Assembly (NCBI GenBank): GCA_963742195.1
Contig: CAVULA010000008.1
Span: 127,604-191,603 of the forward strand
DNA length: 64,000 nt
Reading direction: 5' to 3'
DNA from: an uncultured Actinomycetota bacterium
Lineage (GTDB): Bacteria > Actinomycetota > Actinomycetes > Propionibacteriales > Nocardioidaceae
Notes under the pieces: model-generated
The model's input: only the letters and a program-made list of their open reading frames with translations
Told to the model about the DNA's origin: nothing
The model's database searches: none
Shown: piece after piece, positions 44,490 to 55,906 of the stretch
Layout of the letters: the number at the start of each line of letters is the position of its first letter
How positions within the stretch are numbered: the first letter of the stretch is position 1
Position numbers and translations under genes: made by a program

Positions 44490-45569
44490 ATGGAGATCAG
44501 CACCACGCGGACGACCCAGCACGTCAGCGACGCCCGGCTGGCGGAGATCCTGAGCGACCCCGGGTTCGGCATCCACTTCACCGACCACATGTTCACCGCG
44601 GAGTGGACCCCCGAGGCGGGCTGGCACGCGGCGCGCATCACGCCGTACGGTCCCCTGACCCTCGACCCCGCGACCGCGGTCCTCCACTACGCGCAGGAGA
44701 TCTTCGAGGGGATGAAGGCCTACCGGCACGACGACGGCTCCATCTGGGCCTTCCGACCCGAGCAGAACGCCGAGCGGATGGCCCGCTCGAGCCACCGGCT
44801 CGCGCTCCCCGTCCTCGACCCCGCCGACTTCGTCCAGGCGGTCGAGGCCCTGGTGACCGTCGACCAGCGGTGGGTGCCCGAGGAGGGCTCCGCGGAGAAG
44901 AGCCTCTACCTGCGCCCCTTCATGTTCGCCTCCGAGAAGTTCCTCGGGGTCCGCCCGGCCCGACACGTCACCTTCATGGTGATCGCCAGCCCGGCGGGCC
45001 CCTACTTCAGCAGGGGCCCGGAGCCGATCACGCTCTGGCTGACCACCGACTACACCCGCGCCGGCCGCGGCGGCATGGGCGCCGCCAAGACGGGCGGCAA
45101 CTACGCGTCCTCCCTGGTGGCGCAGCAGGAGGCCGGTGCCCACGGCTGCGACCAGGTGGTCTTCCTCGACGGCCAGGAGCTGCGGTACGTCGAGGAGCTC
45201 GGCGGCATGAACATGTACTTCGTCTACGCCGACGGCCGGATCGTCACGCCCGCGCTCGGCACGATCCTCGAGGGCATCACCCGCGGCAGCATCATCGAGC
45301 TCGCCGGGAAGATGGGTCATCAGGTGGAGGAGCGCCACATCTCCATCGACGAGTGGCGCGACGGCGTGACCACCGGTGAGATCAGCGAGGTCTTCGCCTG
45401 CGGCACCGCGGCCGTGGTCACGCCGGTCGGCTCGCTGAAGTGGGACGGCGGCCAGACCCCGGAGGTGGGCCGCGCCGGCCAGGTCACGATGGCGATCCGT
45501 CGGGCCCTGGTCGACATCCAGTACGGCCGGGCCGACGACACGTTCGGCTGGATGCACCGCATCGTCTGA
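44490..45569 (+). CDS. ilvE: Branched-chain amino acid aminotransferase
   Basis: FTDHM, LHYAQEIFEGMKAY, AKTGGNYA, ILEGITR, CGTAAV. Confidence 0.97.
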   Translation: MEISTTRTTQHVSDARLAEILSDPGFGIHFTDHMFTAEWTPEAGWHAARITPYGPLTLDPATAVLHYAQEIFEGMKAYRHDDGSIWAFRPEQNAERMARSSHRLALPVLDPADFVQAVEALVTVDQRWVPEEGSAEKSLYLRPFMFASEKFLGVRPARHVTFMVIASPAGPYFSRGPEPITLWLTTDYTRAGRGGMGAAKTGGNYASSLVAQQEAGAHGCDQVVFLDGQELRYVEELGGMNMYFVYADGRIVTPALGTILEGITRGSIIELAGKMGHQVEERHISIDEWRDGVTTGEISEVFACGTAAVVTPVGSLKWDGGQTPEVGRAGQVTMAIRRALVDIQYGRADDTFGWMHRIV

Positions 45570-45674
45570 GTCGGGCCCGCCCTCGCCTGCCGGGGTGTCC
45601 GAGCACTGTCGTTCGTGCAGTCGTCCACCGCAGGACGGATGACGCGGCCGACGGTGTCGTCCTAGCGTTCGTAC

Positions 45675-46680
45675 ATGACCGACGAGGCCGACCTGCCGTT
45701 CCTCCCACATCTGACCGGCGCCTTCGCCGTGGTCCTCCTGCAGATCGGGCATCGCTCCGGCCTGCTCGACGCGGTGCTCGCCGGCGCCGGGGACCGCCGA
45801 GGAGGTCGCCGGGCCGAGCCGGCGTCGACGTCCGCAACGCGCGAGGAGTGGCTGTCGCGGCATGACCTCGGCCGGCTACGTCGAGCACGACGCCGGTCGC
45901 TTCGCGACGACCGACGCCACCGGGACGACGTTCGGCCCGGACTTTCCCGTCGACGTGCGGTCGATCTCTGGAGGGCCTGTGGAGCGCGCCCCGGGTCTAC
46001 GACGACGTGGTCGACGCGGTCAGGACCGGGGCCGGGATCCCCTCGGAGCGGCTAGCGCCGTACGCCCCGTTCGCAGGCGTGAACACTCCGACGTACCGGA
46101 TGACCCTGGTCGACGAGTGGATCGGCGGGCTACCCGGCCTGCGCGATCGACTCGGGCGGGGGGCCGGGTCGCGGAGCTGGCCCCGGGCAACGGTGCCGCC
46201 GCTGCACTCGTCGGGATCGCCTTCCCCGCCGCCACCGTGGTGGGCTACGACCTCGCTCCCAAGCCGGCGACCGATCTGCCGACGAACGTCTCACTACGTG
46301 CCGTCGACGCGCGGGCTCTGCCCGACGAGGGTCCGTTCGACCTGGTGTACTGCCTCGACTCGCTGCACCACATGGCTGACCCGGTGGCCGTCCTGGCGGG
46401 CGTGCGGGCCGCGCTCGCGCCGCGGCGGCGTGGTCCTCCTGGCCGAGAACGACTTCTCGGGCGATCTCGACCGGGACGCTGCGGACCCCATGAGCCTGAT
46501 CGCGTACACCAGCAGCGTCGTCTACTGCCTGCAGGAGGCGCTCCACGCCGGGGGAGAGGTGCATTCCTGCGCCGAAGGCACCGACTGGGTCGTGGCGACG
46601 CTCTGGATCGAGCCGGCTTCCACGACGTGCAGGTGCGCCACTCGGAGACGGGGTACGCGTTGGTCAGCGGCATCGCCTGA
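45675..46680 (+). CDS. wHTH + SAM-dependent methyltransferase (Rv2258c-like), several frameshifts
   Basis: IGHRSGL, EEWL, ELAPGNG, FDLVYCLDSLHHMADP. Confidence 0.75.
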
Positions 46681-46709
46681 GCGGCTACGCACGGACCGGC
46701 CGGTACCGT

Positions 46710-48325
46710 GTGGGCGTGTCCGTCCAGCCCTCGCCCCCGCGCACCGTGGGCGACTACACCCTGCTCGCCCGCCTGGGCGAGGGCGGCATGGGCGTGGTCC
46801 ACCTGGCCCGCAAGCCCGGCGGCCCCCGGGTGGCGCTCAAGGTGCTGCGGCCCCACATCGTCGGTGACGACGAGGCGCGGGCGCGGCTCGCCCGTGAGGT
46901 GGGCTCGCTGGAGCGGATCCGGAGCCGGTGGATCGCCGAGATCGTCGACGCCGACCCCTGGGGCCCGACGCCGTACGTCGCCACCCGCTACGTGCCCGGC
47001 CTGAGCCTGCACGACTTCGTGCCGGAGGAGGGCCCGATCACCGGCGCCGACCTGCACTGGTTCGCCGCGCGGTCTGGCCGAGGGGTTGGCGAGCGTGCAC
47101 GCCGTCGGCGTGCTGCATCGCGACGTCAAGCCCTCCAACGTGCTGATGGAGGGCCGGGCGCCGATCCTGATCGACTTCGGTCTCGCACGCGTCGCCGACG
47201 ACCCCAAGCTGACCCTCACCGGGTGGTTCCTCGGCACGCCGGGCTACCTCGCGCCCGAGATCCTGCACGGCGACGACGCGACGACGGCGTCGGACGTGCA
47301 CTCGTGGGCGGCGACCGTGGCCTTCGCCGGCACCGGCCGGCCGCCGTTCGGCCGCGGGCCGGCGATGGCCGTCATGGACCGGGTACGCCGCGGCGAGCAC
47401 GACCTGAGCGGGCTTCCGGACGACCTGCGGCCCATCGTGGCCGCGGCCCTCGACCCCGATCCCGTCCGGCGACCGCGGCTGGACGACATCCGGGGCTGGC
47501 TCACCGAGGACGACACGGAGACCGTCGCCGGGACGGTCGTCCGACCCGCCGACGACGACCCGTTCACGATCCCGCTCGCGCTCGCCTCGCCCGTGACCCC
47601 GGAGGCCCCGACCGCGGTCGTGAGCGGCGCGGTGCCGCAGCCGGAGCCTGCGTACGTCCCCCTGACGCGGCCGCTGACCTCCTACGAGGGCGGCCAGGGC
47701 GACGGCGTGCCCGAGGATCCCGACGACCTCCCGCTCGACCTGGCTCCGGCCCCTCGGGAGAGCCGGGTCGTCGTCCTGAGGCGCAGCGGCCTGGTCGCCA
47801 CGCTGGGCCTCGCCGTCGGCGCCGCCGTGTCGGCCTGGCCGGTCTGGGCCGTCCTGCTGGTCGTGCTCGCCTGCTGGCTGCTGCGTACGTGCACGATGAC
47901 GGTCACCGCCGTCGGCGACCGGCGCCGGCTGCGCGGCACCCGGTGGTACGACGTCCTCCTCGCGCCGTTGTCGGCCCCCTGGTACCTGGTGGCGGCCGTC
48001 CCCGGAGCCCTGCTGCTGACGCTCTGGGCCCTCGGGATCGCGGCCGCGGGGGTGCTGCTCGGGTACGCCGCCGGGATCTCGGTGGCTGCCACGCTCTTCG
48101 TCGCCGGCCTGTGTCTCGCCGGTCGCCGTCTGGGTCGGCCCGGGGGCCGGTCACGTGCGCTGGCCGGTGCGCGTGGTGGCCCAGTCCCTCGCTCGGCGGA
48201 CCGGCCCGTGGGCGGTCGCCGTGGTGGTGCTGGTCGCGTTCGCCGGCTTCGTCGGGCACCAGGCGACGCTCAGCATCGACTGGTCGCCGTTCGGGGCGCC
48301 GTTCGGGCTGGGTGCCGGATCCTGA
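46710..48325 (+). CDS. Membrane-associated Ser/Thr protein kinase, frameshifted
   Basis: LGEGGMGVV, VALK, HRDVKPSNV, DFG, GTPGYLAPE; C-terminal TM helices. Confidence 0.9.
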
Positions 48326-48359
48326 GATCCGGCCGGTCCCCTTCTCGGCGCGTGGCACC

Positions 48360-48428
48360 ATGGACGTCGTGAACAGCAGCAAGCGATCGAGCCGGACGCT
48401 CAGCGACCGCGTCGAGATCATCACCTAG
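48360..48428 (+). CDS. cimA leader peptide MDVVNSSKRSSRTLSDRVEIIT
   Basis: Tandem Ile codons just before the stop, followed by two hairpins including an intrinsic terminator. Confidence 0.7.
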   Translation: MDVVNSSKRSSRTLSDRVEIIT

Positions 48429-48452
48429 CGCGTCGGGTACACCCCGACGCGC

Positions 48453-48487
48453 AGACCTCTCGTCCCGACGGGGGGTCTTTTTGTTTC
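48453..48487 (+). terminator. cimA attenuator terminator
   Basis: AGACCTCTCGTC-CC-GACGGGGGGTCT followed by TTTTGTTT. Confidence 0.82.
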
Positions 48488-48519
48488 GGCCGGACCACCC
48501 GAGCACCAGGACGGACACG

Positions 48520-50125
48520 ATGGACCTGCAGGGCGCCTTCCACGTCTACGACACCACGCTGCGCGACGGCGCGCAGCAGGAGGGTCTGAACCTCTCGGTG
48601 GCCGACAAGCTGACGATCGCCCGTCAGCTCGACGAGCTGGGCGTCGGCTTCATCGAGGGTGGTTGGCCCGGGGCCAACCCGAAGGACACCGAGTTCTTCG
48701 CCCGCGCGCGCGACGAGCTCGACCTGCAGCACGCGCGGCTCACCGCGTTCGGCGCCACCCGGCGGGCCGGCGTACGGGCCGCGGACGACACGCTCGTCGC
48801 CGCCCTGCGCGACAGCGGTGCCTCGGTGGTCACCCTCGTCGCGAAGTCGCACCCGCGCCATGTCGAGCTCGCCCTGCGCACGACGCTGGCGGAGAACCTC
48901 GAGATGGTGCGCGACACCGTCAGCCACCTGGTCGCCGAGGGGCAGCAGGTGTTCCTGGACGCCGAGCACTTCTTCGACGGCTACCGCGCCGACCGCGACT
49001 ACGCGCTCGAGGTGCTGCGTACGGCCTACGACGCGGGCGCCGGCGTCGTCGCGCTGTGCGACACCAACGGCGGGATGCTGCCGGGCTGGGTCGGCGACGT
49101 CGTGCACGACGTGGTGTCGACGACCGAGGGCCGCGTCGGCATCCACTGCCACAACGACACCGGCTGCGCGGTCGCCAACACCCTGGCGGCCGTCGAGGCG
49201 GGCGCGACCCACGTCCAGGGCACGATCAACGGGTACGGCGAGCGGACCGGAAACGCCGACCTGGTGGCGGTCGTCGCCAACCTGGAGCTGAAGCTCGACC
49301 GGCAGGTGCTGCCCGACCGGCCTGCTCACGGACGCCACCCGGATCGCCCACGCCGTCGCCGAGGTCACCAACGTGCCACCGGCCTCGCGCCAGCCGTACG
49401 TCGGCGCGTCGGCCTTCGCCCACAAGGCCGGGCTGCACGCCAGCGCGATCAAGGTGGACCCCGACCTCTACCAGCACATGGACCCGGTGGGCGTCGGCAA
49501 CGACATGCGGCTGCTGGTCAGCGACATGGCCGGCCGCGCGTCGATCGAGCTCAAGGGACGCGAGCTCGGCTACGACCTGTCCGGTGACCGCGAGCTCGTG
49601 GACCGCGTGACCGCAAAGGTCAAGGAGATGGAGGCGCGTGGCTACACGTTCGAGGCCGCGGACGCGTCGTTCGAGCTGCTGCTGGCGGCCGAGGTGGACG
49701 GCGCCCGCCCGTCGTACCTCGAGGTGGAGTCGTGGCGGGTGATCACCGAGACCCTGACCCACGCGGCTCCGGGGGAGGAGGCGGTCTCGGAGGCCACCGT
49801 GAAGCTGGTGGCGTCCGGCGTCCGCTACGTCGAGACCGGCGAGGGGAACGGCCCGGTGAACGCCCTGGACCAGGCGCTGCGCCAGGCGCTGGTGCGGGCG
49901 TACCCGCAGGTCGCCAAGTTCGAGCTGATCGACTACAAGGTGCGGATCCTCGACCAGGGGCACGGCACCGACGCGATCACGCGCGTGCTGATCGAGACGT
50001 CCGACGGCGGGTCGTCGTGGGTGACCGTGGGGGTCGGCGCCAACGTGATCGAGGCCTCGTGGGAGGCGCTGCTCGACGGCATCACGTTCGGTCTGCGCCG
50101 CCAGGACCGCCCGGCTTCCGGCTAA
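48520..50125 (+). CDS. cimA: Citramalate synthase, frameshift near 49318
   Basis: [55 protein letters not shown]. Confidence 0.93.
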
Positions 50126-50134
50126 CGTCGCGGT

Positions 50135-51528
50135 GTGAGCGCCCTGCACGACCTGACCGCCGTCGAGCAGGGTGCCGCCGTACGCCGCGGCGAGGTGTCG
50201 CCGCGTGAGCTCGTCGCGCACTACGTCGACCGGGTCGACGACGTCGGCGCGTTCGTGACCCGGACGCCCGGAGCAGGCGTTGGCGCGGGCCGACTCGCTG
50301 CTGCCGGTGCCCGAGGGCGCCGGGCCGCTGTACGGCGTACCGACGGCGATCAAGGACCTCAACCTGACCGCCGGGGTGCGCACCACCTTCGGGTCGGCGG
50401 CCTTCGCGGACTTCGTGCCGGAGGTGTCCGACGCCGTCACGTTGGCCCTCGAGGCGGCCGGGATGGTCAGCCTGGGCAAGACGAACACCCCGGAGTTCGG
50501 CTCGCCCTGCTACACCGAGCCCGACGTCGCACCGCCGGCCGTGACGCCCTGGGACCGGACCCGGATGGCGGGCGGGTCGTCGGGCGGCGCCGCCGCGGCC
50601 GTGGCGGCCGGACTGGTGCCGGTCGCGCAGGGCTCGGACGGCGGTGGGTCCATCCGGATCCCGGCCGCCTGCTGCGGTCTGGTCGGGCTGAAGCCGACCC
50701 GCGGCCGGATCAGCGGCTACCCGATGTACGGCGAGATCACCGGGCTGGCGACGGCCGGGACGCTGGCACGGACCGGTGCGCGACGCCGCGGCACTGCTCG
50801 ACGTGCTCGCCGGCCGGCGGGTCGGCGACCCGTCCTGGGCGCCGCCGCCCACCGAGCCGTTCCTGGCCGCCTGCGGGCGCGACCCCGGACGGCTGCGGAT
50901 CGCGCGGTTCGTCGAGCCGGTGATCACCGACACCGTGGTGGACCCGGAGTGCGTGGCCGCGTGGGAGGCGGCGTCGGCGCTCCTGGTGTCGCTCGGGCAC
51001 GACGTGGAGGACATCGCGGTCCCGATGCCGCGGGAGGCGGTGCCGACCTTCGAGACCTGCTGGGCGGTGCTGACGGCGTTGTCGGTGGTGCCCCCGGAGC
51101 AGGAGCCGCTGCTGCGCCCGCTGACCCGGTGGCTGGCCGAGCGCGGGTCGCCGTCACCGGTCCGGCGTTCGGGCTCGCGATCGGGGCGATGCGGCGCTAC
51201 GCCGCCGACTGCCTGACCACGCTCGCGCCGTACGACGCCGTGCTCACCCCGACTCTCGCCGTGCCTCCGCTGCTGGTCGGCGCCATCCGCGACGACGACG
51301 ACCCGGCTGGCGGACTTCGAGGCGCAGAAGGCGTTCACGCCGTGGACGTCGGCGTGGAACGTGACCGGGATGCCGGCGGTCTCGCTGCCGCTGCACCAGA
51401 CGCTCGGCGGCCTCCCGGTCGGGGTCATGCTCGCCGGGCGGCCGGCCGAGGAGGCACTCCTGCTCGCGCTGGCAGCGCAGGTCGAGGCGGCGGCCCCGTG
51501 GGCCGACCGGCACCCACCCGGCTGGTGA
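50135..51528 (+). CDS. Amidase signature family protein, several frameshifts
   Basis: [39 protein letters not shown]. Confidence 0.9.
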
Positions 51529-51795
51529 TCACACGTCGAACGTGCCGCCGGAGCGCCAGTAGACGCTGTCCTCGCGGGTCAGGAAGCCGTTCTCGACCAG
51601 GTAGCGCCGGAGCGCGGCGTAGTCGGGGTGGAACCGGGTCAGGATCTCGTTGACCTCGGTCTCCGGATAGGTGCGTCCCGGCTCGAAGGACTGCGACAGG
51701 TGGTCGAGGACGACGAGCAGCTTGCTCTGCTTGGACGGGATCGTGCGCAGGCTGCCGTCGTCGGCCAGGAAGTTGTGGAGCACCCGCTGGTCCAT
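51529..51795 (-). CDS. DUF2087-domain protein
   Basis: IPSK..K, YPETEVN, DYAALRRYLVE.GFLTR. Confidence 0.85.
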   Translation of the reverse strand: MDQRVLHNFLADDGSLRTIPSKQSKLLVVLDHLSQSFEPGRTYPETEVNEILTRFHPDYAALRRYLVENGFLTREDSVYWRSGGTFDV

Positions 51796-51887
51796 GGCAC
51801 CAGCCTAAATCGGACGATCCTCGCCGGGGAGTACCGGATCTCCGGTCCGGCTCGTGGGAGACCCGGCCGTGCGCGCCGAGGACGGCC

Positions 51888-52010
51888 CTACGGCTCCGTG
51901 AGCCACTCGACGGCTGCGTCGCGGTCGCTCGCAGGGAATGCTCGGGTGTGCCCGGGACGGCCCAGGCGAAGAGCGCGAGCCGCGTCCCTCATCCAGGTGT
52001 GGTCTCGCCA
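51888..52010 (-). pseudogene. Possible SpoIIAA/STAS-SEC14-like C-terminal fragment
   Basis: DHTWMRDAARAL..PGHTRAF...RDAAVEWL resembles SpoIIAA-like C-termini; no clear N-terminus. Confidence 0.35.
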
Positions 52011-52282
52011 GGGGCTCCGACGCGGGAGTGCGCACCCGACGCTCAGCCGGTCGAGGCCCCCGCCTGCTGCTGGTTGGACCGGTGGGGGCCGGCGAGCCAG
52101 TCCTGGCCCAGACGTGGGTCAGCCGGTTCCTCACCTCGCCTCAGCGCCTCGAGGTAGGCCCGGTCGGCGGCCACGCGGGCCGCCACCTCGGGCCCTCGGC
52201 CACCGAGCCGTGGCCCGGAACCACGCGTCGGAGGACCGCTGCGGAGTAGCCTGGAGACCAACGTCCTGCGAGAGGAACCGCC

Positions 52283-52474
52283 ATGTGGTGGATGGTCGGA
52301 GGCGTCGCCGTCCTTGCCCTGGTCGTCCTCGGGGCCGCGTGGCTCCTGGCACCGACGCTCCGCACGTTCCGCGGCCCGGACTTCGAGCCCACCGCCAAGG
52401 ACGAGGCCAGCGTCGAACGGGCCCAGATGTCGGGTCCGAGCTCCGGAACGGGCGCCGGTGGCGGAGGCGCCTGA
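52283..52474 (+). CDS. Small membrane protein
   Basis: SD GAGGA; N-terminal hydrophobic helix. Confidence 0.55.
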   Translation: MWWMVGGVAVLALVVLGAAWLLAPTLRTFRGPDFEPTAKDEASVERAQMSGPSSGTGAGGGGA

Positions 52475-52551
52475 GCGACTGGGCAGGCGAAGCGTGAGAG
52501 CACCGGGGTTCTCGCCACGGCGACGCACGCGAGACGAGATGGGTGACATCG

Positions 52552-52686
52552 ATGAGCAACTTCGCGGCGGGCAACCCGAACACCCAGCCGTTCCGCGACT
52601 TCGCCGCCTGGACCGGGATCGCGCTCGGCTGCCTCAGCGTGGTCGTCACCCTCGCGGCCTGGCTGTACCTGCACGAGACCTCCTGA
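52552..52686 (+). CDS. Small membrane protein (44 aa)
   Basis: MSNFAAGNPNTQPFRDFAAWTGIALGCLSVVVTLAAWLYLHETS; high-GC3 codons; one TM helix. Confidence 0.5.
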   Translation: MSNFAAGNPNTQPFRDFAAWTGIALGCLSVVVTLAAWLYLHETS

Positions 52687-52723
52687 CGCCCGTCGCCCGC
52701 CCGCGAGCGGCTGAGCCGAGCCG

Positions 52724-53080
52724 TCAGAACTCCTGGACGGGCCGGATCTCCACGACAGGATGGGCCTGCGTCAGGACGCGGGCGGCCTCCACCAGCGCGT
52801 CGTACTCGTCGCAGCTGACGACGAAGAAGCCGGACAGCTGTTCGGCCGACTCGGCGTAGGGCCCCTCGGTGACCAGCACCTCCGACCGGGGACCCCGCGT
52901 GAGCGTGCGTGCCTGGCCGCTGAGCGTCAGCCCCGCGCCACCGGTCACGGCACCACCCCGCGCCTCCAGGAGCCGGCCGAACTCGGCGTCGGCGTCGAAG
53001 ACGGCCTGCCGTTCCGCCGGAGTGCGGGACGCTCGCTCGTCCTCGTTGTCGGCGGGGAACATGACGACGTACTCGGTCAT
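52724..53080 (-). CDS. YciI/DGPF-domain protein
   Basis: VTEGPYAESAEQLSGFFVV..VEIRP. Confidence 0.88.
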   Translation of the reverse strand: MTEYVVMFPADNEDERASRTPAERQAVFDADAEFGRLLEARGGAVTGGAGLTLSGQARTLTRGPRSEVLVTEGPYAESAEQLSGFFVVSCDEYDALVEAARVLTQAHPVVEIRPVQEF

Positions 53081-53166
53081 GGACGACTCCTCTCGGTGAT
53101 GGGCTGACACCACGGTGACGTGCAGCCAGGCGCTGCATCGACGTTCGTTCGTCGGAACCGTCCGCG

Positions 53167-54013
53167 TCACGCGAGGCCGGGCGCGGCGCGCTCCAGGCGC
53201 TCGCAGACCGCGATGAGGCCGCGACGCACAGGGGCGGCACGTCGGGCGAAGCCACGCTGCAGCGCGGCGTACTGCTGCTTCCCCTCCGGCGTCTCGATCC
53301 GGATCGGCTCGAAGCCCCACGCGGACAGGTCGTACGGCGCGGCGCGCATGTCGACGGTGCGCACGTCCCAGGCCAGCTCGAAGCAGTCGGCGACGAGGTC
53401 GGAGCCCACCAGCGGCCAGAGCCGGAACGCGTGCTTGTAGAGGTCCATGGTCGCGTGCAGGCAGCCCGGGCTGCTCGTACGCCGGCCGGTCGTCGCGGCC
53501 GGGCCGGAGGTGGTTGAGCGGGCGCGCGGAGGGCGTGAAGAAGCGGAAGGCGTCGAAGTGCGAGCACGCGATCCGGTGGGACTCCACGACCGCGTCGGTG
53601 CCGGCCGGGCCCAGGCGCAACGGGACCGGATGCCTGGTCTCGTCCGCGCGGTGCACCATCGCCCACTCGTGCAGCCCGAAGCACCCGAACGTGGCGGGCC
53701 GCTCCGCCGTCGCCCGGAGGAGGTCGAGCGTCGCGTCGACCAGGCCCCGCCGGCGCTCGAGGAGCTCCGGCGTTCCCGAGTCCGGCCAGCCGGGCTGCCA
53801 GTCGAGCAGCTTGGCGGGGGAGAAGGAGTAGTAGGTGAAGAGGAAGTCGTGGACCGGGTGCTTCTCGCCCGCGCGTCGACGGGCCAGGTGCGGTTCGACG
53901 TACGGCGCCAGGCGGGCGCGGTGCGCAGCGGCCCGCGTCCGCGCCAGCCGCTGGTCGGGCCGGTCCCGCCTGGTCGAGCCTGTCGAGACCACAGACCGAC
54001 CGATGACGTCCAC
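53167..54013 (-). CDS. Conserved actinobacterial protein (often annotated 3-methyladenine DNA glycosylase), frameshift near 53470
   Basis: KHPVHDFLFTYY, CFGLHEWAMV, CSHFDAFRFF, GCLHATMDLYK, DMRAAPYDL. Confidence 0.8.
53972..53990. repeat. REP-like motif GGTCGAGCCTGTCGAGACC inside a CDS 5' end
   Basis: Resembles, from memory, a widespread actinobacterial short palindromic repeat; translates as VSTGST. Confidence 0.55.
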
Positions 54014-54070
54014 ACCGCCCACCGTAATCGTTGGCCGCGGCAGCGAACCACGCACGGCTAGAGTCGGCGC

Positions 54071-55225
54071 GTGGACCGTCTGCGCAGGCCCGGACGGGTG
54101 GACAGCCCCGACAGCGCCGCTCCGGTCACGATGCTCGAGCTGTTCTTCGACCTCGTGTTCGTCTTCACCGTCACCCAGGTCACCACCACCATCACCGACG
54201 CGAGCAGCGCTCGCGACTACCTCCAGGCAGCGTGTCTGCTCTGCGTGATCTGGTGGATGTACGACGGCTACTGCTGGCTGTCCAACAACGTGGGACCCAC
54301 GTCGGTGTCGACCCGGCTGCCGATGCTGGTGGCGATGACGGCGTTCCTGCTGCTGGCGATCGCGGTGCCGGAGGCGTTCGGTGCCGACGCCCTCTTCTTC
54401 GCGGTGATCTACCTGCTGATCGTGCTGGTCCACGCCGCGTCGTTCCTGCGCTCGTCGATGGGCGGCTCGGCCCGGGCGATCGTCGCCATCGCACCGGTGA
54501 ACCTCGCGGCGGCCGGCTGCCTGTTCCTCGCCGTGCCGTTGCCCGAGGACCTGCGGTGGGTGGCGTGGCTCGCGGCCGTGCTCTGCTTCGTGGTCTCGAT
54601 GTTCGCGCGCCGCGAGTCCGGGTTCACGCTGCGGCCCGAGCACTTCGCCGAACGCCATCGGCTGCTGCTGATCATCGCGCTCGGCGAGTCCGTGATCGCG
54701 GTGGGCGTCAGCGCCCAGGGACGGATCACCGAGGCCGAGTCACTGCTCGCGGTGCTGCTCTCGATGGTGCTGATCTCGCTCCTGTGGTGGGTGCACTTCG
54801 GCGACGAGCACCGGTCCACCGACGCGATCGTGCGCATCGAGCGTGACGACCCCGACCGGATGGTGCGGGTCGGCCTGTTCGCGTTCTCGATCGCCTACCT
54901 GGTGCTGGTGACCGGGGTGATCCTGGTGGCGAGCGGGCTCCACGCGGTGGTGCACGACCCGACGCACGCACTCGGGTGGCGGTCCGCCTGGACGATGGCG
55001 GTCGGGGCCGCGGTCTACCTGGTCGGGAACTCGCTCCACCTCTGGCTCCTCGGCCTGTCGCCCGGGTGGCGGCTCGAGCTGTGTGCCGTCCTGGCGCCGG
55101 CGACCGCGCTGCTCGGGCACGCGACCGCTGCGGCATGGCAGGTGGCCGCGCTGTGCCTCATGATCCTGGGCGCGTTGGTCATGAGCCGGCCGGCTCTCGC
55201 GGCGGAGCCGACGACCCAGGGTTGA
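54071..55225 (+). CDS. ltrA: Low temperature requirement protein A family membrane protein
   Basis: LELFFDLVFV and EHFAERH.LL.IIALGE motifs. Confidence 0.9.
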   Translation: MDRLRRPGRVDSPDSAAPVTMLELFFDLVFVFTVTQVTTTITDASSARDYLQAACLLCVIWWMYDGYCWLSNNVGPTSVSTRLPMLVAMTAFLLLAIAVPEAFGADALFFAVIYLLIVLVHAASFLRSSMGGSARAIVAIAPVNLAAAGCLFLAVPLPEDLRWVAWLAAVLCFVVSMFARRESGFTLRPEHFAERHRLLLIIALGESVIAVGVSAQGRITEAESLLAVLLSMVLISLLWWVHFGDEHRSTDAIVRIERDDPDRMVRVGLFAFSIAYLVLVTGVILVASGLHAVVHDPTHALGWRSAWTMAVGAAVYLVGNSLHLWLLGLSPGWRLELCAVLAPATALLGHATAAAWQVAALCLMILGALVMSRPALAAEPTTQG

Positions 55226-55228
55226 GGA

Positions 55229-55846
55229 TCAGTCGTCGAGGTCGACGACCGCGCCGTGGCAGCTCGGCCAGCATCACCGCGGCCTGCAGGTCGATCCGCG
55301 TCCCCTTCAGCGTCGCCGCGGTGAGGTCCACCCGGTCCAGCGACGCGCGCCGCAGGTCGGCCCGGGTGAGGTCGGCCTCGCGCACGGTCGCCCCGTGCAG
55401 TCGCGCCTCGGTCAGCACGGTGCCGGTCAGGTCGGCCATGGACAGGTCGGCGTCGCGGAGGTCGACGCCGCGCAGGTCGAGCCCGGCGAGGTTGTGGCGG
55501 CGCAGGCTCACCCCGACCCACGCGCCGCCGGTCACGGTCAGCGGCCGCAGCACGCAGTCGTCGAAGACCGACCCGGTGAGCTTGCAGCCGTCCAGGGTCG
55601 CGGTGAAGAAGTTGCAGCGTCGGAAGTCGCAGCGCGACGAAGGCGGTCGCGTGGTGCGTCGAGGCGTTGAAACGGCAGGAGTGGAAGGTGCAGCTCTCGA
55701 AGGTGGTCCCCTGGCTGGTCGCCTCCGTCAGGTCGACGTCGGTGAACACGCAGTCGACGAAGGTCACCGGACCCGATCTCCGCGGCGTACCAGTCGTCGT
55801 TGCGGAAGCTCTGGCCCGCGGCGCCCTGCAGCAGCACGTCGTCCAT
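55229..55846 (-). CDS. Pentapeptide-repeat protein (MfpA-like), frameshifted
   Basis: Runs of A/C-D/T-L/F-x-x repeats (ADLSM, ADLTR, CTFHS). Confidence 0.85.
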
Positions 55847-55906
55847 CCCAGCACCCTAGGCGCTGGGAATTCATCGGCCGTTCGGTCTGCTCGGTAGGGT
55901 CGCTGC

